Positions 46,786-57,214 of a stretch of DNA of 64,000 nucleotides are shown here, piece by piece. The first letter of the stretch is position 1. Every line of letters starts with the position of its first letter. Origin of the DNA: Bacteroidota bacterium (lineage in GTDB: Bacteria; Bacteroidota; Bacteroidia; J057; JADKCL01); NCBI GenBank assembly GCA_016718825.1, contig JADKCL010000012.1, positions 65,417-129,416 on the forward strand, written 5' to 3'. The notes beneath the pieces were generated by a model. It saw nothing but the letters and a program-made list of their open reading frames with translations, made no database searches and was not told the DNA's origin. Made by a program: the position numbers and the translations under genes.

Positions 46786-46787
46786 GG

Positions 46788-48314
46788 ATGCAGGAACTCA
46801 AGAAAATAGCACCCAAGATCGCCCTGTTAGCTGCTTTGCTGCTCGGGATGAACCTGATTTACCGGCAATGGCTCTACCCCGCAGACCGCAAGGCCTACAG
46901 CGAAAGCGCGGAATTGGTCAATGCCGTTCAAGACAGCGCGGAAATCCTCTACCTTGGCGAGTCGAGCAATTTCACCATCGCGGACCAAGACGTGGAGAAA
47001 CTGAGCATCAGCCAGTTTCTTGCGCAGTATTTCCCCAAAAGGAAACTCGGAACAGTTGCCAAGGGGGCACTTCACGCCGGCAATTATTACGACATGCTGC
47101 GGAGTATTCCGTCGGGCAGTCCTGTGAAAACGGTGGTGGTGACGATGAACCTGCGTTCGTTTGATGCGAGTTGGATCCATTCAAAGCTGGAAACCGCATT
47201 GCAAAAGGAGATGGTGCTGCTCAAACCCGGTCCGCCGCTTTGGAACCGCCTCATGCTGAGCCTCCGCAACTACGAAATCAAATCCTTGGCGGAACGCGAG
47301 GCCCAAGTCAAGGCGCAGTGGGCCAAGGATACGCTGAGGTTTCCCGAGCCGTTTCCTTACCGGAATGTCATCGAATGGGATTCGGCCATTGCGAAGCGGA
47401 AATACCTGAAGCATGATACGCTCTCCGAGCGGAACGATGCCGAAATCGACCTCGCCTGCCACTATGTCAAGACATTCGCCTTTCAAATTGATACGGTCAC
47501 AAATCCAAGGATCCAAGATTTTGACCGGATCGTCGCGCTTGCACAAGCACGTGGGTGGAACCTGATCCTCAACATCTTGCCGGAGAACATGGAACAGGCG
47601 GAAAGGCTCGTCGGAAAGGAACTGACCTGGCTGATGCGTCAAAACCGCGATCTTTTGGTGCGACGATATGGGAAGCAGAAAGGTGTGACCGTCATAGATC
47701 AGTTGGAGGCACTCCCCAACGCAGACTTCCGGGATCAGGATTGGACCACGGAACATTACTTGGAGCATGGCCGCCGCAGCGTGGCGGACCGTATAGCGGC
47801 AGCCATCAAGCCAATATATCCGAAGGATTACGTCATCCCCAAGCAGCAAAACCGCTTGACAAACCATTCATTTTTCAACGATTGCGAAGGCGGCGAAGTC
47901 TGGAGCCAAATGCAAACCTTGGATGCGGTTCACGCCCACGGCGGCCTCAGCGCGAGCCTCACGGGAAATGGCAAGGGACAATTCGGGGTGACTTTCACTT
48001 ACCCCATTCCAAAATTGGACTCCAACAGCTTGGACAGCATTGCCTTCAGTTGCTGGGTATTTTCGGAGAGCCAAGACCACAATGCCGCCATCGCTTGGGA
48101 GGCAAGTGGCGACAGTACAGGCTATCTTTGGGACAGTTTGCAGTTCCGGGGCCTGCAACAAAAACCTTCGGAATGGCAACAAATTCACTTTAGAATCGCC
48201 TTGTGGCCCAATGTTGCAGCGGCGGACATCATCAAGGTTTATCCCTACAATCCCTCGGCATTGCCGATTTGGTTTGACGACATCCGGATCGAGTTTTTGG
48301 GGAATGGGAATTGA
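46788..48314 (+). CDS. membrane-anchored hypothetical protein, candidate periplasmic acyl-transfer partner of the MBOAT protein
   Basis: It starts 3 nt after the MBOAT stop and has a single N-terminal TM helix. ILYLGESSNF resembles a block-I G(D/E)S motif of SGNH/AlgJ-type proteins. The role is inference from context. Confidence 0.55.
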   Translation: MQELKKIAPKIALLAALLLGMNLIYRQWLYPADRKAYSESAELVNAVQDSAEILYLGESSNFTIADQDVEKLSISQFLAQYFPKRKLGTVAKGALHAGNYYDMLRSIPSGSPVKTVVVTMNLRSFDASWIHSKLETALQKEMVLLKPGPPLWNRLMLSLRNYEIKSLAEREAQVKAQWAKDTLRFPEPFPYRNVIEWDSAIAKRKYLKHDTLSERNDAEIDLACHYVKTFAFQIDTVTNPRIQDFDRIVALAQARGWNLILNILPENMEQAERLVGKELTWLMRQNRDLLVRRYGKQKGVTVIDQLEALPNADFRDQDWTTEHYLEHGRRSVADRIAAAIKPIYPKDYVIPKQQNRLTNHSFFNDCEGGEVWSQMQTLDAVHAHGGLSASLTGNGKGQFGVTFTYPIPKLDSNSLDSIAFSCWVFSESQDHNAAIAWEASGDSTGYLWDSLQFRGLQQKPSEWQQIHFRIALWPNVAAADIIKVYPYNPSALPIWFDDIRIEFLGNGN

Positions 48315-48551
48315 ACGGTATCCACAACGGGACCGAGCCAATTTGCAGATTCGCAGCCGATTTAATGCAATGATTTGTTTTTCAGACCATTAACACAAAC
48401 GTTCAACAAATCCAAGTGTCCAATTTTTGTAGCCGGATGTGAATATCCTAGCTTTCATTGGCGCCCTGTATTCACTAATTTTACAGGCCCATAGTTAAAA
48501 CCATTTGCCTAATTGGGCAGCTTTGGCAAAAAAAGAGGCAGAACGCAAAGT

Positions 48552-50420
48552 ATGGCAGCAGAAAACAAGGGCGGCGTCTACGACGAAAGTTCGATCAAAT
48601 CACTTGATCCACTAGAGCACATCCGGATCAGGCCCGGTATGTACATCGGCAAGTTGGGAGACGGCTCCTCGCCCGAAGATGGTATTTACATCCTGCTCAA
48701 GGAGGTGATCGACAACTCCATCGACGAATTTATGATGGGTGCAGGCAAGACGATCGAGGTGACTGTGACGCAACACAAAGTGCGTGTGCGTGACTACGGC
48801 CGCGGCATTCCGTTGGGCAAAGTGATCGACTGCGTCTCCCAGATCAACACGGGCGGCAAATTTGACTCCGAATCTTTCCAAAAGTCGATCGGTCTCAACG
48901 GTGTCGGTACCAAAGCCGTCAATGCGCTTTCCTCCTCTTTTTCCGTTCAAGCTTACCGCGACAACAAGACCAAACTCGCTGAATTTGAATTCGGAAAGCT
49001 GGTCAAAGACGAGCCGATCGTGGAGAATTCGATGCGGCACGGTACGCTGACCATTTTCACGCCTGACGAATCGATTTTCCGCAATTACAAGTACAATCAG
49101 GAGTACGTCGAAAACCTGATTCGCAACTATGTCTTCCTCAACCGCGGCCTCACGATCATTCTCAATGGCGAAAAATATGCCTCGGAGAATGGTTTGAAGG
49201 ACCTTTTGGAATTCAATACCACCGAAGAAGAACGTCGTTACCCCGTCATTCATTTCGCGGACGAAGACATCGAGGTAGCAATGACCCACGGTTCGCAGTA
49301 CGGCGAACAATACTACAGCTTTGTCAACGGCCAAAACACCTCCCAAGGGGGTACGCACTTGGCAGCATTCCGCGAAGCGATTGTGAAGGCCGCGCGGGAA
49401 TTTTACGGCAAGCCGTTTGAGGCAAGCGACGTGCGCGCAAGCATCGTGGGCGCGATCGCGGTGCGGGTGCAGGAGCCGGTCTTCGAATCCCAAACCAAAA
49501 CCAAACTCGGCAGCGTCAATACCGAACCCAAGGGTGAGGGCAAGGTGATCCGGACGTGGATCAACGACATCGTCTCCAAGCAGCTCGACAACTTCCTGCA
49601 CAAGAATCCGACGATTGCAGATGAGTTGCTGAAACGCATCCGCCAAAGCGAACGCGAGCGCAAGGACATTGCCGGCATCAAAAAGCTCGCCAATGACCGC
49701 GCCAAAAAGGCCAATTTGCACAACAAGAAGTTGCGCGACTGCAAAATCCACTTTGACACCCAGCACGAACGCAATGGCGAGACCGTGATCTTCATCACCG
49801 AGGGTGACTCGGCGAGCGGTTCGATCACGACCGCGCGCGATCCGCAGACGCAAGCCGTCTTCTCGTTGCGAGGTAAACCGCTCAACTGCCATGGGTTGAC
49901 CAAGAAGATCGTTTACGAAAACGAGGAATTCAACCTGTTGCAGCACGCCCTCAACATCGAGGACGGCATCGAAGGGCTGCGTTACCACAAGATCATCGTC
50001 GCGACCGATGCCGACGTCGACGGGATGCACATTCGCTTGTTGTTGCTGACATTTTTCCTGCAATTTTTCCCTGAAATCGTGCGCAACGGGCATTTGTACA
50101 TCCTGCAAACGCCGCTCTTCCGCGTGCGGAACAAGAAGGAAACCATCTATTGCTACGACGAAAACGAAAAGCAGGCAGCGATGGTCAAACTGGGCAAAAA
50201 CCCCGAAATCACACGATTCAAAGGTTTGGGCGAGATTTCTCCGAATGAATTTGGAGCGTTTATTGGGGAGCACATGCGTTTGGATCCCGTGATCATCCGC
50301 AAGGATTCCAAGATCACGGAAATGCTGGATTACTACATGGGTAAAAACACGCCCGACCGTCAGGATTTTATCATTGACAACCTGCGGGTAGAGAAATTGA
50401 CGGTGGAGGAGGTGGCCTAG
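48552..50420 (+). CDS. parE: DNA topoisomerase IV subunit B (type IIA topoisomerase ATPase subunit)
   Basis: GHKL ATPase motifs [36 protein letters not shown]. Toprim motifs FITEGDSA and [13 protein letters not shown]. The ~620-aa size and SLDPLEHIR start are ParE-like rather than GyrB-like. The start is set to ATG 48552. Confidence 0.8.
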   Translation: MAAENKGGVYDESSIKSLDPLEHIRIRPGMYIGKLGDGSSPEDGIYILLKEVIDNSIDEFMMGAGKTIEVTVTQHKVRVRDYGRGIPLGKVIDCVSQINTGGKFDSESFQKSIGLNGVGTKAVNALSSSFSVQAYRDNKTKLAEFEFGKLVKDEPIVENSMRHGTLTIFTPDESIFRNYKYNQEYVENLIRNYVFLNRGLTIILNGEKYASENGLKDLLEFNTTEEERRYPVIHFADEDIEVAMTHGSQYGEQYYSFVNGQNTSQGGTHLAAFREAIVKAAREFYGKPFEASDVRASIVGAIAVRVQEPVFESQTKTKLGSVNTEPKGEGKVIRTWINDIVSKQLDNFLHKNPTIADELLKRIRQSERERKDIAGIKKLANDRAKKANLHNKKLRDCKIHFDTQHERNGETVIFITEGDSASGSITTARDPQTQAVFSLRGKPLNCHGLTKKIVYENEEFNLLQHALNIEDGIEGLRYHKIIVATDADVDGMHIRLLLLTFFLQFFPEIVRNGHLYILQTPLFRVRNKKETIYCYDENEKQAAMVKLGKNPEITRFKGLGEISPNEFGAFIGEHMRLDPVIIRKDSKITEMLDYYMGKNTPDRQDFIIDNLRVEKLTVEEVA

Positions 50421-50479
50421 TCGCCACCGGCGACTCCCTCCTCACTCACACTCTCTCTCACGCTCCCACTCTCACTCCC
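50406..50479 (+). repeat. stop-codon-overlapping hairpin plus C-rich tail element, copy 2
   Basis: GAGGAGGTGGCC-TAG-TCGCCACCGGCGA-CTCCCTCCTCACTCACACTC-TCTCTCACGCTCCCACTCTCACTCCC. The parE stop codon is the first part of the hairpin. The tail has 1 G in 46 nt. Confidence 0.7.
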
Positions 50480-50547
50480 GCAAGAACTCCCCCTCGCGGC
50501 CCAAAATCCTATGGCTCTTTTCGCAAATCCTGCCTAAATTGCCTGAT

Positions 50548-51135
50548 ATGGGCAAAAATCCGCTGCTGCAAGATTTCCTGGAAAGGCTGCCGATGTTTTC
50601 GGAAAACGAGCGGCTTGCGATGTCCGAACAAATCGATATTCTCGAGGCAAAAAAGGGGACTCTGTTGCTTGCTGACGGCGAGGTGGCCTCCAAATGCTAT
50701 TTTGTCTTGAAAGGCTGCATCCGCCAATATTCCATGGTCGATGGGGAAGAAAAAACAACGGCGTTCTTCACCGAAGAAGAGGCAGCGGTCGCATTCACGA
50801 GCTATACACAGGGCGTTCCCTGCTCCCACTTTTGGATTTGTGCCGAGGATTCAACCCTGATCGTCGGTGCCCAAAACATCGAAATGGAGATGTATGAACA
50901 ATTTCCCCACCTGCAAGCGATGACAAGAATGATGGTGGAGCAGGACTTCGGCAAACGGCAGGAAGAATTTGCGGCCTTCATCGTTTCATCTCCCGAGGAA
51001 AGATATTTGCACCTGATGAACAACCGCCCTTCGCTGTTGCAGCGGGTTCCGCAACATCAAATTGCGAGCTATCTCGGCGTGACGCCTGAATCCCTGAGCC
51101 GCATCCGCAAGCGGGTGCAATCCAAACAAGCATAG
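50548..51135 (+). CDS. Crp/Fnr family transcriptional regulator
   Basis: Cyclic-nucleotide-binding fold (KKGTLLLADGEVASKCYFVLKGCIRQY) and a C-terminal HTH (QHQIASYLGVTPESLSRIRKR). Confidence 0.8.
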   Translation: MGKNPLLQDFLERLPMFSENERLAMSEQIDILEAKKGTLLLADGEVASKCYFVLKGCIRQYSMVDGEEKTTAFFTEEEAAVAFTSYTQGVPCSHFWICAEDSTLIVGAQNIEMEMYEQFPHLQAMTRMMVEQDFGKRQEEFAAFIVSSPEERYLHLMNNRPSLLQRVPQHQIASYLGVTPESLSRIRKRVQSKQA

Positions 51136-51178
51136 CCTTTCTCAGTAAATGGCGCTTTCTCATTATGCCGAACGGGAA

Positions 51179-51895
51179 TCATTTCGCGGTGGCGATCTTG
51201 GTTTTCCCGCCCCTCAGCAGGAGCCAAACGGCCAAACCCACTTCGCTCAAAATTCCTGAAAGGGCTACGACCACGGTCATTCCATCCTTGATTTGCGCAT
51301 AATCGGGCATCCACAATTTGGCTGCATTGTCTACGCAGTAGGCGCAACCCGCAATGAACAGGAGAACACTCAGCAGCTTGGGCATAAATCCGGATCGCAT
51401 TACGAGGAAACCAAGAACCAACACATGGATGCCAAAAATGATCATTGCAAATGCCCATTGGCCGTCAAACGCCTGGAATTGCTGCATTGCTTCCATATTT
51501 GCCGCCTCGGAACCGCCATTTTGCACCAGCGAAAATCCAAGGAATAGCCTGAAAATCGCAGCACCAAAGAGCAAGGAATACAACAACCGCAGTGCGGCAG
51601 AGACCATGGAGGCCCGTGGATGCACCGGCTTAAAAAAGACATACAGCCCCCAGGTGACCAGCAAATCGCAAAGCAAAACCAAGACGAAGCAACCCAAGCC
51701 GATGCGCGCAAGGCCGGAAGCCTCCCCGATTTTTGTGGCTGTCAAGCTTGCATTCCCCTGCACGATCAGCCCTTGGTGAAAGGCAAACTCGGCAACCATG
51801 GCTGCAACAAACATGACCAAGAGTGAAATCGAAGAAGTTAATGCCGCTTTACGCAGCGCGCCGGAACCAAGTAGTGGATTTTGAGCTGTTTTCAT
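51179..51895 (-). CDS. DUF4386 family membrane protein
   Basis: 238 aa with six hydrophobic helices. N-terminal LRKAALTSSISLLVMFVAAMVAEF is typical of DUF4386. The family call rests on pattern memory. Confidence 0.6.
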   Translation of the reverse strand: MKTAQNPLLGSGALRKAALTSSISLLVMFVAAMVAEFAFHQGLIVQGNASLTATKIGEASGLARIGLGCFVLVLLCDLLVTWGLYVFFKPVHPRASMVSAALRLLYSLLFGAAIFRLFLGFSLVQNGGSEAANMEAMQQFQAFDGQWAFAMIIFGIHVLVLGFLVMRSGFMPKLLSVLLFIAGCAYCVDNAAKLWMPDYAQIKDGMTVVVALSGILSEVGLAVWLLLRGGKTKIATAK

Positions 51896-52000
51896 CTTTC
51901 CATTTAGTATTGATGCCGCAAAGTTCGGTGACCACCAACCCGCAAGACGTTGACTTTGGGTAAGAAATTCATTGAAGGCGACACTATTCGGAGGGATGGC

Positions 52001-52038
52001 ATAAAAGCAATTGGGGCATCCCTAACGAGATGCCCCAA
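52001..52038 (-). terminator. rho-independent terminator after the M43 protease gene
   Basis: A 10-bp perfect stem (ttggggcatc / gatgccccaa) with an 8-nt loop. On the minus strand it is followed by TTGCTTTTAT. Confidence 0.6.
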
Positions 52039-52062
52039 TTGTCATTGGATGGGGAGATGCGC

Positions 52063-54468
52063 TTAGCGCATCACCTGTACTTTGGCATTCCGCGAAGTGG
52101 TTGCGGTTTGCATCCGTACGATGTACATGCCATCTGCGAGGGCATCCATATTGACGTCAATCGTGTTGGCACCTGCGATCAGGTCCACGCTGCGGTTGAC
52201 CAAGATGCGTCCAGACAGATCCATGATGGTCATGGTGGCGGCACCTTCGGTGGTGGCAAGGTAGTTGACGAAGAGATTCTGGCTCGTCGGGTTTGGCCAG
52301 ACTTGCATTTCGTCGACCAGCACGTCAACACCTTCCTTGGCGACCGTTTGCTGAGGACCGCTCATGCGGGTCCAATTGGCAGCCTGCGTCCCGGCGCGAA
52401 GGGTATAGCTCGTCGCCGTATTGAAGGCGCCGTTGTATCCTACGACCTTAATGCGGTAGGTTGCAGCTACCGTTGAGGTATTGTAGATGATGGCTTCCGA
52501 AGTGGTACTACCATTGGTAGACGAACCCAAAAGCGTTGTACCATTGCTAGCATACAGATACACATCATAGTCAGCAGGCAAAGTCGTCAAGGTAATCTTC
52601 ACCTTTGGTGCCGTGCTGAGCGTGGTAAATGTAAACCAGTCAATGTCGGTTGCCGTGCAAATCTTGGCCAATACATTCGTATTTCTTGTAATCGTTTTGG
52701 CAGTTGCGGAGGTTTCATTGGCCTCGTAACTGTCGGTACAAGTTGCAGCCGAAGTGGTAAAGTTGGCGCCTGCAACGTAGGCGCTGTTGCCGCCGGAGCA
52801 AACTGCCTGCACTTGCCAGTTGTAAGTTGTTGCAGCTGCGAGACCGGTGAGAGCTTTGCTGTTGGTCGTACTCGTCGTGGTGGTCCAAGTCGTGCCCCCA
52901 TTGATTTTGTATTGTACGTTGTAGCTTGTGGCGCCAGTGACTGCTGCCCAGTTCAAGGTTGCACCAGAGGAGGTGATGCCGCTCACGCTGAGTGATGCTG
53001 GATTGCCGCAAGTGGTGGAACTGCTCAAAGTGACTTGATAGTCCTCGACTTCACCGTAGCTAAAAGCCTCGCACTCCGTTTGTGCAGCATTGTACTTCAT
53101 GGAAATACGCATGCGCGTGACGGTTGCTGTCGCAGTGGTTGGCACGGTGATGGATCCCGTGCGGGCACCTGTAGCGGCAGAACCGGAATTGTACAACAAT
53201 TCACCAGCATCGGCGAAATCCTTGTCATTGTTCAAGTCGATCCACAACTTCCACCATTCTGGATAGGCAGTCGCGGTATACCCTGGGGTTAGGGTGATGC
53301 CGGTAGCGACACCCTTGGTCAGATTAACGTTGGTGCCTGTGTAGTTGCCGTAACCACCGTTGTTTCCGGAGTTGTTCGTGAATGCTCCGACCGCGACAGT
53401 TTGGATCCATTCGTCGGCCGTTGAGCTACCGGAAGATGCACAATAGGTCGTCGTACCAGCACCGCATCCATTGGAAGTGGCAAGGCTAGCACGAGCGCCA
53501 GTCATGACAGCGACCATTCTTGCCTTCTGACCCATGGTAAAAATATTCATGGCAGCATCATCGGTATAGTCCATGTAATTCTGGTACATCACCCCTGGGC
53601 TGGTGGTGGTGCAACCATCCGTGCGGACCGAGCCGACAGCAGGGTTACCATAGACCATTTCACATTGGTTGGGGGTATCGGTCACGGCATCGGAACCGCT
53701 GCATTCACTGCCTGCGGAGCAAGTACCATCCCCTTGGCCGCAATCATCTCCCCAAATGTGGTAAAGGTTGAGCCAGTGACCCACTTCGTGTGTTGCTGTA
53801 CGTCCTTTGTTGAACGGCGCAGTTGCTGTGCCGCTCGTTCCAAAGGCTGTGTAGTTGATGACCACGCCGTCGGTTGATACCGGTCCGCCAGGGAATTGGG
53901 CGTAGCCCAACAATCCACCGCCTAAGGGGCATACCCAGAGATTCAAGTATTTGGTGGCATCCCAAGCAGTTTTGCCACCTGTCGCATTTGACTTCACGGC
54001 ATCATCGTCGACAAAGGACGTTACAGCTGTCGATGTACGTGTGATACCTGTCGTAGCTGCGCCAGTCGGATCAACCGTGGCTAGACAAAAATTGATTTCA
54101 CAGTCGGCCGCAATGCTGGTCCAAGCAGCAGGCGTATTTACCTTGTCGGCATTCAAACGGCGGAAGTCATTGTTCAGCACCGTCAATTGGGACTGAATCT
54201 GGGCATCCGAGATGTTTTGTGTGGTCGTGTTGTACACGACGTGTACCACCACTGGAATATTGTAGACGACATCTTGTCCTTGATCATCATACTGATCGAC
54301 AAATGCCGCAGTTTGCGCCTCGATGCGGGCACGTACGCTGGCAAGATTGGGATCCAAAGCCTCCAAACGGGCTTGATTCTCCATCGTATTGCAATTTCTC
54401 ACCTGCTGCCCGATCAAGCCACTGCTGACGACCAAGCCCAGGAAAATCCCAAGTACAATTTTTTTCAT
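52063..54468 (-). CDS. multidomain zinc metalloprotease, family M43 (pappalysin/ulilysin-like), T9SS cargo
   Basis: Signal peptide present. Extended zinc site HEVGHWLNLYHIWGDD. Also a GEVED-type motif FSYGEVEDYQVTL, an FN3-like segment, a pre-peptidase C-terminal-like segment, and the CTD VWPNPTSQNLFVNY...GMYIVRMQTATTSRNAKVQVMR. Confidence 0.85.
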   Translation of the reverse strand: MKKIVLGIFLGLVVSSGLIGQQVRNCNTMENQARLEALDPNLASVRARIEAQTAAFVDQYDDQGQDVVYNIPVVVHVVYNTTTQNISDAQIQSQLTVLNNDFRRLNADKVNTPAAWTSIAADCEINFCLATVDPTGAATTGITRTSTAVTSFVDDDAVKSNATGGKTAWDATKYLNLWVCPLGGGLLGYAQFPGGPVSTDGVVINYTAFGTSGTATAPFNKGRTATHEVGHWLNLYHIWGDDCGQGDGTCSAGSECSGSDAVTDTPNQCEMVYGNPAVGSVRTDGCTTTSPGVMYQNYMDYTDDAAMNIFTMGQKARMVAVMTGARASLATSNGCGAGTTTYCASSGSSTADEWIQTVAVGAFTNNSGNNGGYGNYTGTNVNLTKGVATGITLTPGYTATAYPEWWKLWIDLNNDKDFADAGELLYNSGSAATGARTGSITVPTTATATVTRMRISMKYNAAQTECEAFSYGEVEDYQVTLSSSTTCGNPASLSVSGITSSGATLNWAAVTGATSYNVQYKINGGTTWTTTTSTTNSKALTGLAAATTYNWQVQAVCSGGNSAYVAGANFTTSAATCTDSYEANETSATAKTITRNTNVLAKICTATDIDWFTFTTLSTAPKVKITLTTLPADYDVYLYASNGTTLLGSSTNGSTTSEAIIYNTSTVAATYRIKVVGYNGAFNTATSYTLRAGTQAANWTRMSGPQQTVAKEGVDVLVDEMQVWPNPTSQNLFVNYLATTEGAATMTIMDLSGRILVNRSVDLIAGANTIDVNMDALADGMYIVRMQTATTSRNAKVQVMR

Positions 54469-54744
54469 CTGACTGAGTGAATTAAATGACGAATTGATTC
54501 GGGGGTGAAGCTACTCAAAACCACGATGCCTACGGAAATCAGCAATGAAAATGAAAGGTTGCAGGACAATTTGCTTCACAACCAACACATTGAAGCCAGA
54601 TTCGTCAGCGACCAATTTCCGCAAATTCTTCCTAAATCAATTTAGTTTATGCCAGCACCTCCCTTGCAGAACAAGGCGAAACAAGGCATGGTCCCAAACG
54701 AGAGATTCAATGATGTAAGAAAAATCAGGAATCCAACCCAAAGA

Positions 54745-55443
54745 TTAGCGCTTGGGCCTAAAGAAGTAGAAATCAGCCTTGGACGAATTGATCGGGTCTT
54801 TGGGATCCACCTTGTATTTGTTGTCGATCTTCTTCCAAAATTCCCAATCGGGACGATTTTGGGCGATCCAGTCCGTGAAAACACGGTCAATTTCGTGATG
54901 GTTTTGGGCTTTCTGGAAATTGCTGGAATAAACCAGCACGTATTTGCTCGCCGCGTTGAATAGGTGGTTCATGTAGTTGTTGAACACCTCGTCTTCGATC
55001 AAGTGATACAGCACGTCCAATGACATCGCCAAATCGACCTTGAAGACCTCGTGGTTGTCTTGGAAAGCACGTGAATCATAGACGAAGAAGCTTTTGCTGT
55101 CATCGCCCTTGAACAGATGCATACAATGCCGGATGATCGTCGGCGACACATCCAAGCCGATGTAGTTGGGATACTTGCCCAAAGTCAATTGATTGCCGTC
55201 GCCACAGCCAAATTCGATAACGGTTTGGATGTCGTTTTCTGCGACGAAGGCATTGATGATCTCGGCCTTGTGCATCGCAAGCAAGCTATAAGATCCTGCA
55301 CCGGAATTGCCGCCGGTGGCGTAGCGCGACTCCCAATATTCAGCCGAACCCGGGAATTTTTTCTGGCCAAACACGGCCTTCTTTACCTTGATGGCCGCAG
55401 GCCCTAAAACTGGGATGCGATTGACGATTTTTCCGACTGACAT
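54745..55443 (-). CDS. class I SAM-dependent methyltransferase
   Basis: Motif I VIEFGCGDGNQL and post-I IGLDVS; 232 aa. Confidence 0.75.
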   Translation of the reverse strand: MSVGKIVNRIPVLGPAAIKVKKAVFGQKKFPGSAEYWESRYATGGNSGAGSYSLLAMHKAEIINAFVAENDIQTVIEFGCGDGNQLTLGKYPNYIGLDVSPTIIRHCMHLFKGDDSKSFFVYDSRAFQDNHEVFKVDLAMSLDVLYHLIEDEVFNNYMNHLFNAASKYVLVYSSNFQKAQNHHEIDRVFTDWIAQNRPDWEFWKKIDNKYKVDPKDPINSSKADFYFFRPKR

Positions 55444-55632
55444 ACGCGCTGAATTCTAAAAACTTGACCAGACGGGCAAAACAATTCTACCCTGAACAAA
55501 TGCAAAAATCCGAATCCTTTTCCGGTTTTGCAATGTTGCAGGGATTCACCTGCAGAATCATGTTCAACTTTGAGGCAAAAGTCCCTTTTTCCGGCAAGGA
55601 GGATGTTGGGAATGCCCAATGTGCATCAGCGA

Positions 55633-56430
55633 TCAGCGGGCAAACCGCGCGTAGGTCGGATACCCAGGCTCCAGTGGAGACCGGATCACGAACAGCTTGC
55701 TGTCTTCCAAGGCATCCAATGTCAGCATTTCCGCATTCGAAGCCGTGAAAAAATCATCCACTTCCAAAGTCGTTCCATGCAATTCCAACTTGCCATCCAG
55801 CACATAAGCCGACACAACCTCGCCATTGCCAATGGTGAGCGTTTGCGTTCCTTTTATCATGCGCAACTCCTCGATTGTGACACCTGGCGTGACCATGTGC
55901 AAGGGCGAACCCTCGCCTTTGTAGGTTTTGACCACCATGCCTTCGCGCTCCGTCAAAGGAAAGGCTTCGGTGGGATAATCGTCATAACTCGCAGGCTGCC
56001 CGAGGGTGACATTGAGGTTGGGATCCATCCAAATCTGGAAGATGGAGGATTTTTCCTTGATTTTCTCCGAATGCGAGACGCCGTTGCCGGCGCGAATGAT
56101 TTGGGCATCGCCCGCCCGCAAGGTCCGCCATTCCCGAAGCTTGGTATCGTAGTGCTCAATTTCTCCGCGCAGAACGAAGGACATGATTTCGAAGCCTTTG
56201 TGGGGATGCAAGCCGATGGTGCTGTCACCGCCGGGCGTCCAGGCATGGGCCCAATAAAAAAGATTGGAATAAGGCTTGCCGCGGCCACCGTCGCCGGGAA
56301 ATCCGATCGGTTTGTTTTCCAGAATCGCGCCAAAGTTGAATTCACCTTGGCCCTGTTGCGCTTTGTGGAGGATGTCGAGATGCATGTGCAATCGTTCTTT
56401 TGGATGTAATAACATGAATTCTGGAAACAA
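55633..56430 (-). CDS. pirin-like bicupin protein
   Basis: Cupin metal-site segment GLHPHKGFEIMSFVLRGEIEHYD, plus a second cupin half. The start codon is uncertain within the first 6 codons. Confidence 0.8.
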   Translation of the reverse strand: MFPEFMLLHPKERLHMHLDILHKAQQGQGEFNFGAILENKPIGFPGDGGRGKPYSNLFYWAHAWTPGGDSTIGLHPHKGFEIMSFVLRGEIEHYDTKLREWRTLRAGDAQIIRAGNGVSHSEKIKEKSSIFQIWMDPNLNVTLGQPASYDDYPTEAFPLTEREGMVVKTYKGEGSPLHMVTPGVTIEELRMIKGTQTLTIGNGEVVSAYVLDGKLELHGTTLEVDDFFTASNAEMLTLDALEDSKLFVIRSPLEPGYPTYARFAR

Positions 56431-56824
56431 TGTTTTTCGCGCTGTTAGTCCATTGATTCAAGGACCAAATTGGTGAATCCTTGCCTTTTATATCTTGGTA
56501 ACTAAGTGTTGAAGCTGGAAGCGCGTCATTAAGCAAGGCATCTTGACCTCGATTGGGACTCGAAAAGCCCGTGGGCATTTCTGGGGTTATTGTCTCCGCG
56601 ATGTAATCGCACGCAAACGTGCGACACTTCCACTCGTTTCAGGTCTGGAACGACACCCAAATCATGGCAAGCTGGAGCAGAGGGTTCGCCACTATGTCCT
56701 CGCATCTCCCCACTCATTGCCTGCTCGGCCTGAAATCCCGTGTCATGGCAGGTCGGAAGTCTCGGGGCGCTGGAAAAGTGGCGGAATCCAGCTATGGCCC
56801 GCACCGGCCTTTGCGGTCGGCGGT

Positions 56825-57214
56825 GGGGACGGGCTTTTTTGGGCGCCTTGCTACGGGCTTTTCCTGGCTTTCCTCCTGCGCCGCCGGTCGCCTGGTTTTT
56901 GGGATTTTTGTTTGTTGGTCGGTTCGCGGATGCTTTTCATCAACGAAAACTTCTACAGCGAACTCATGCCGTGGATGTCATGGATCCTCGCCAAAAAGGT
57001 CGAATACGTGATCACTTTTTTCCTGACGCCGTTTTTCCTTATGTTTCTCAGTCAGCTGTATCCTAGAGAATTCCGGCCTTGGGCTTCCAAAATTTTGCTG
57101 GGATTCAATGGATTGCTTGCGCTTTTGCAGCAGGCCATTTACGTGCGGGGGGTGGCGGGCGTTTCCGCCCCGATTTATGGATTGCTGATTTTGGTGCTGA
57201 CCCGCCTCTCCCTG
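56825..57214 (+). pseudogene. 7TM-DISM (7TMR-DISM_7TM)-like sensor fragment, truncated
   Basis: LFLAFLLRRRSPGFWDFCLLVGSRMLF...WMSWILAKKVEYVITFFLTPFFLMFLSQLYPREF...ILLGFNGLLALL matches the LRRKD...LYF...LEYL...LFP.EF helix pattern of 7TM-DISM membrane modules. No output domain follows. It ends in a GC patch and overlaps the convergent gene. Confidence 0.3.
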
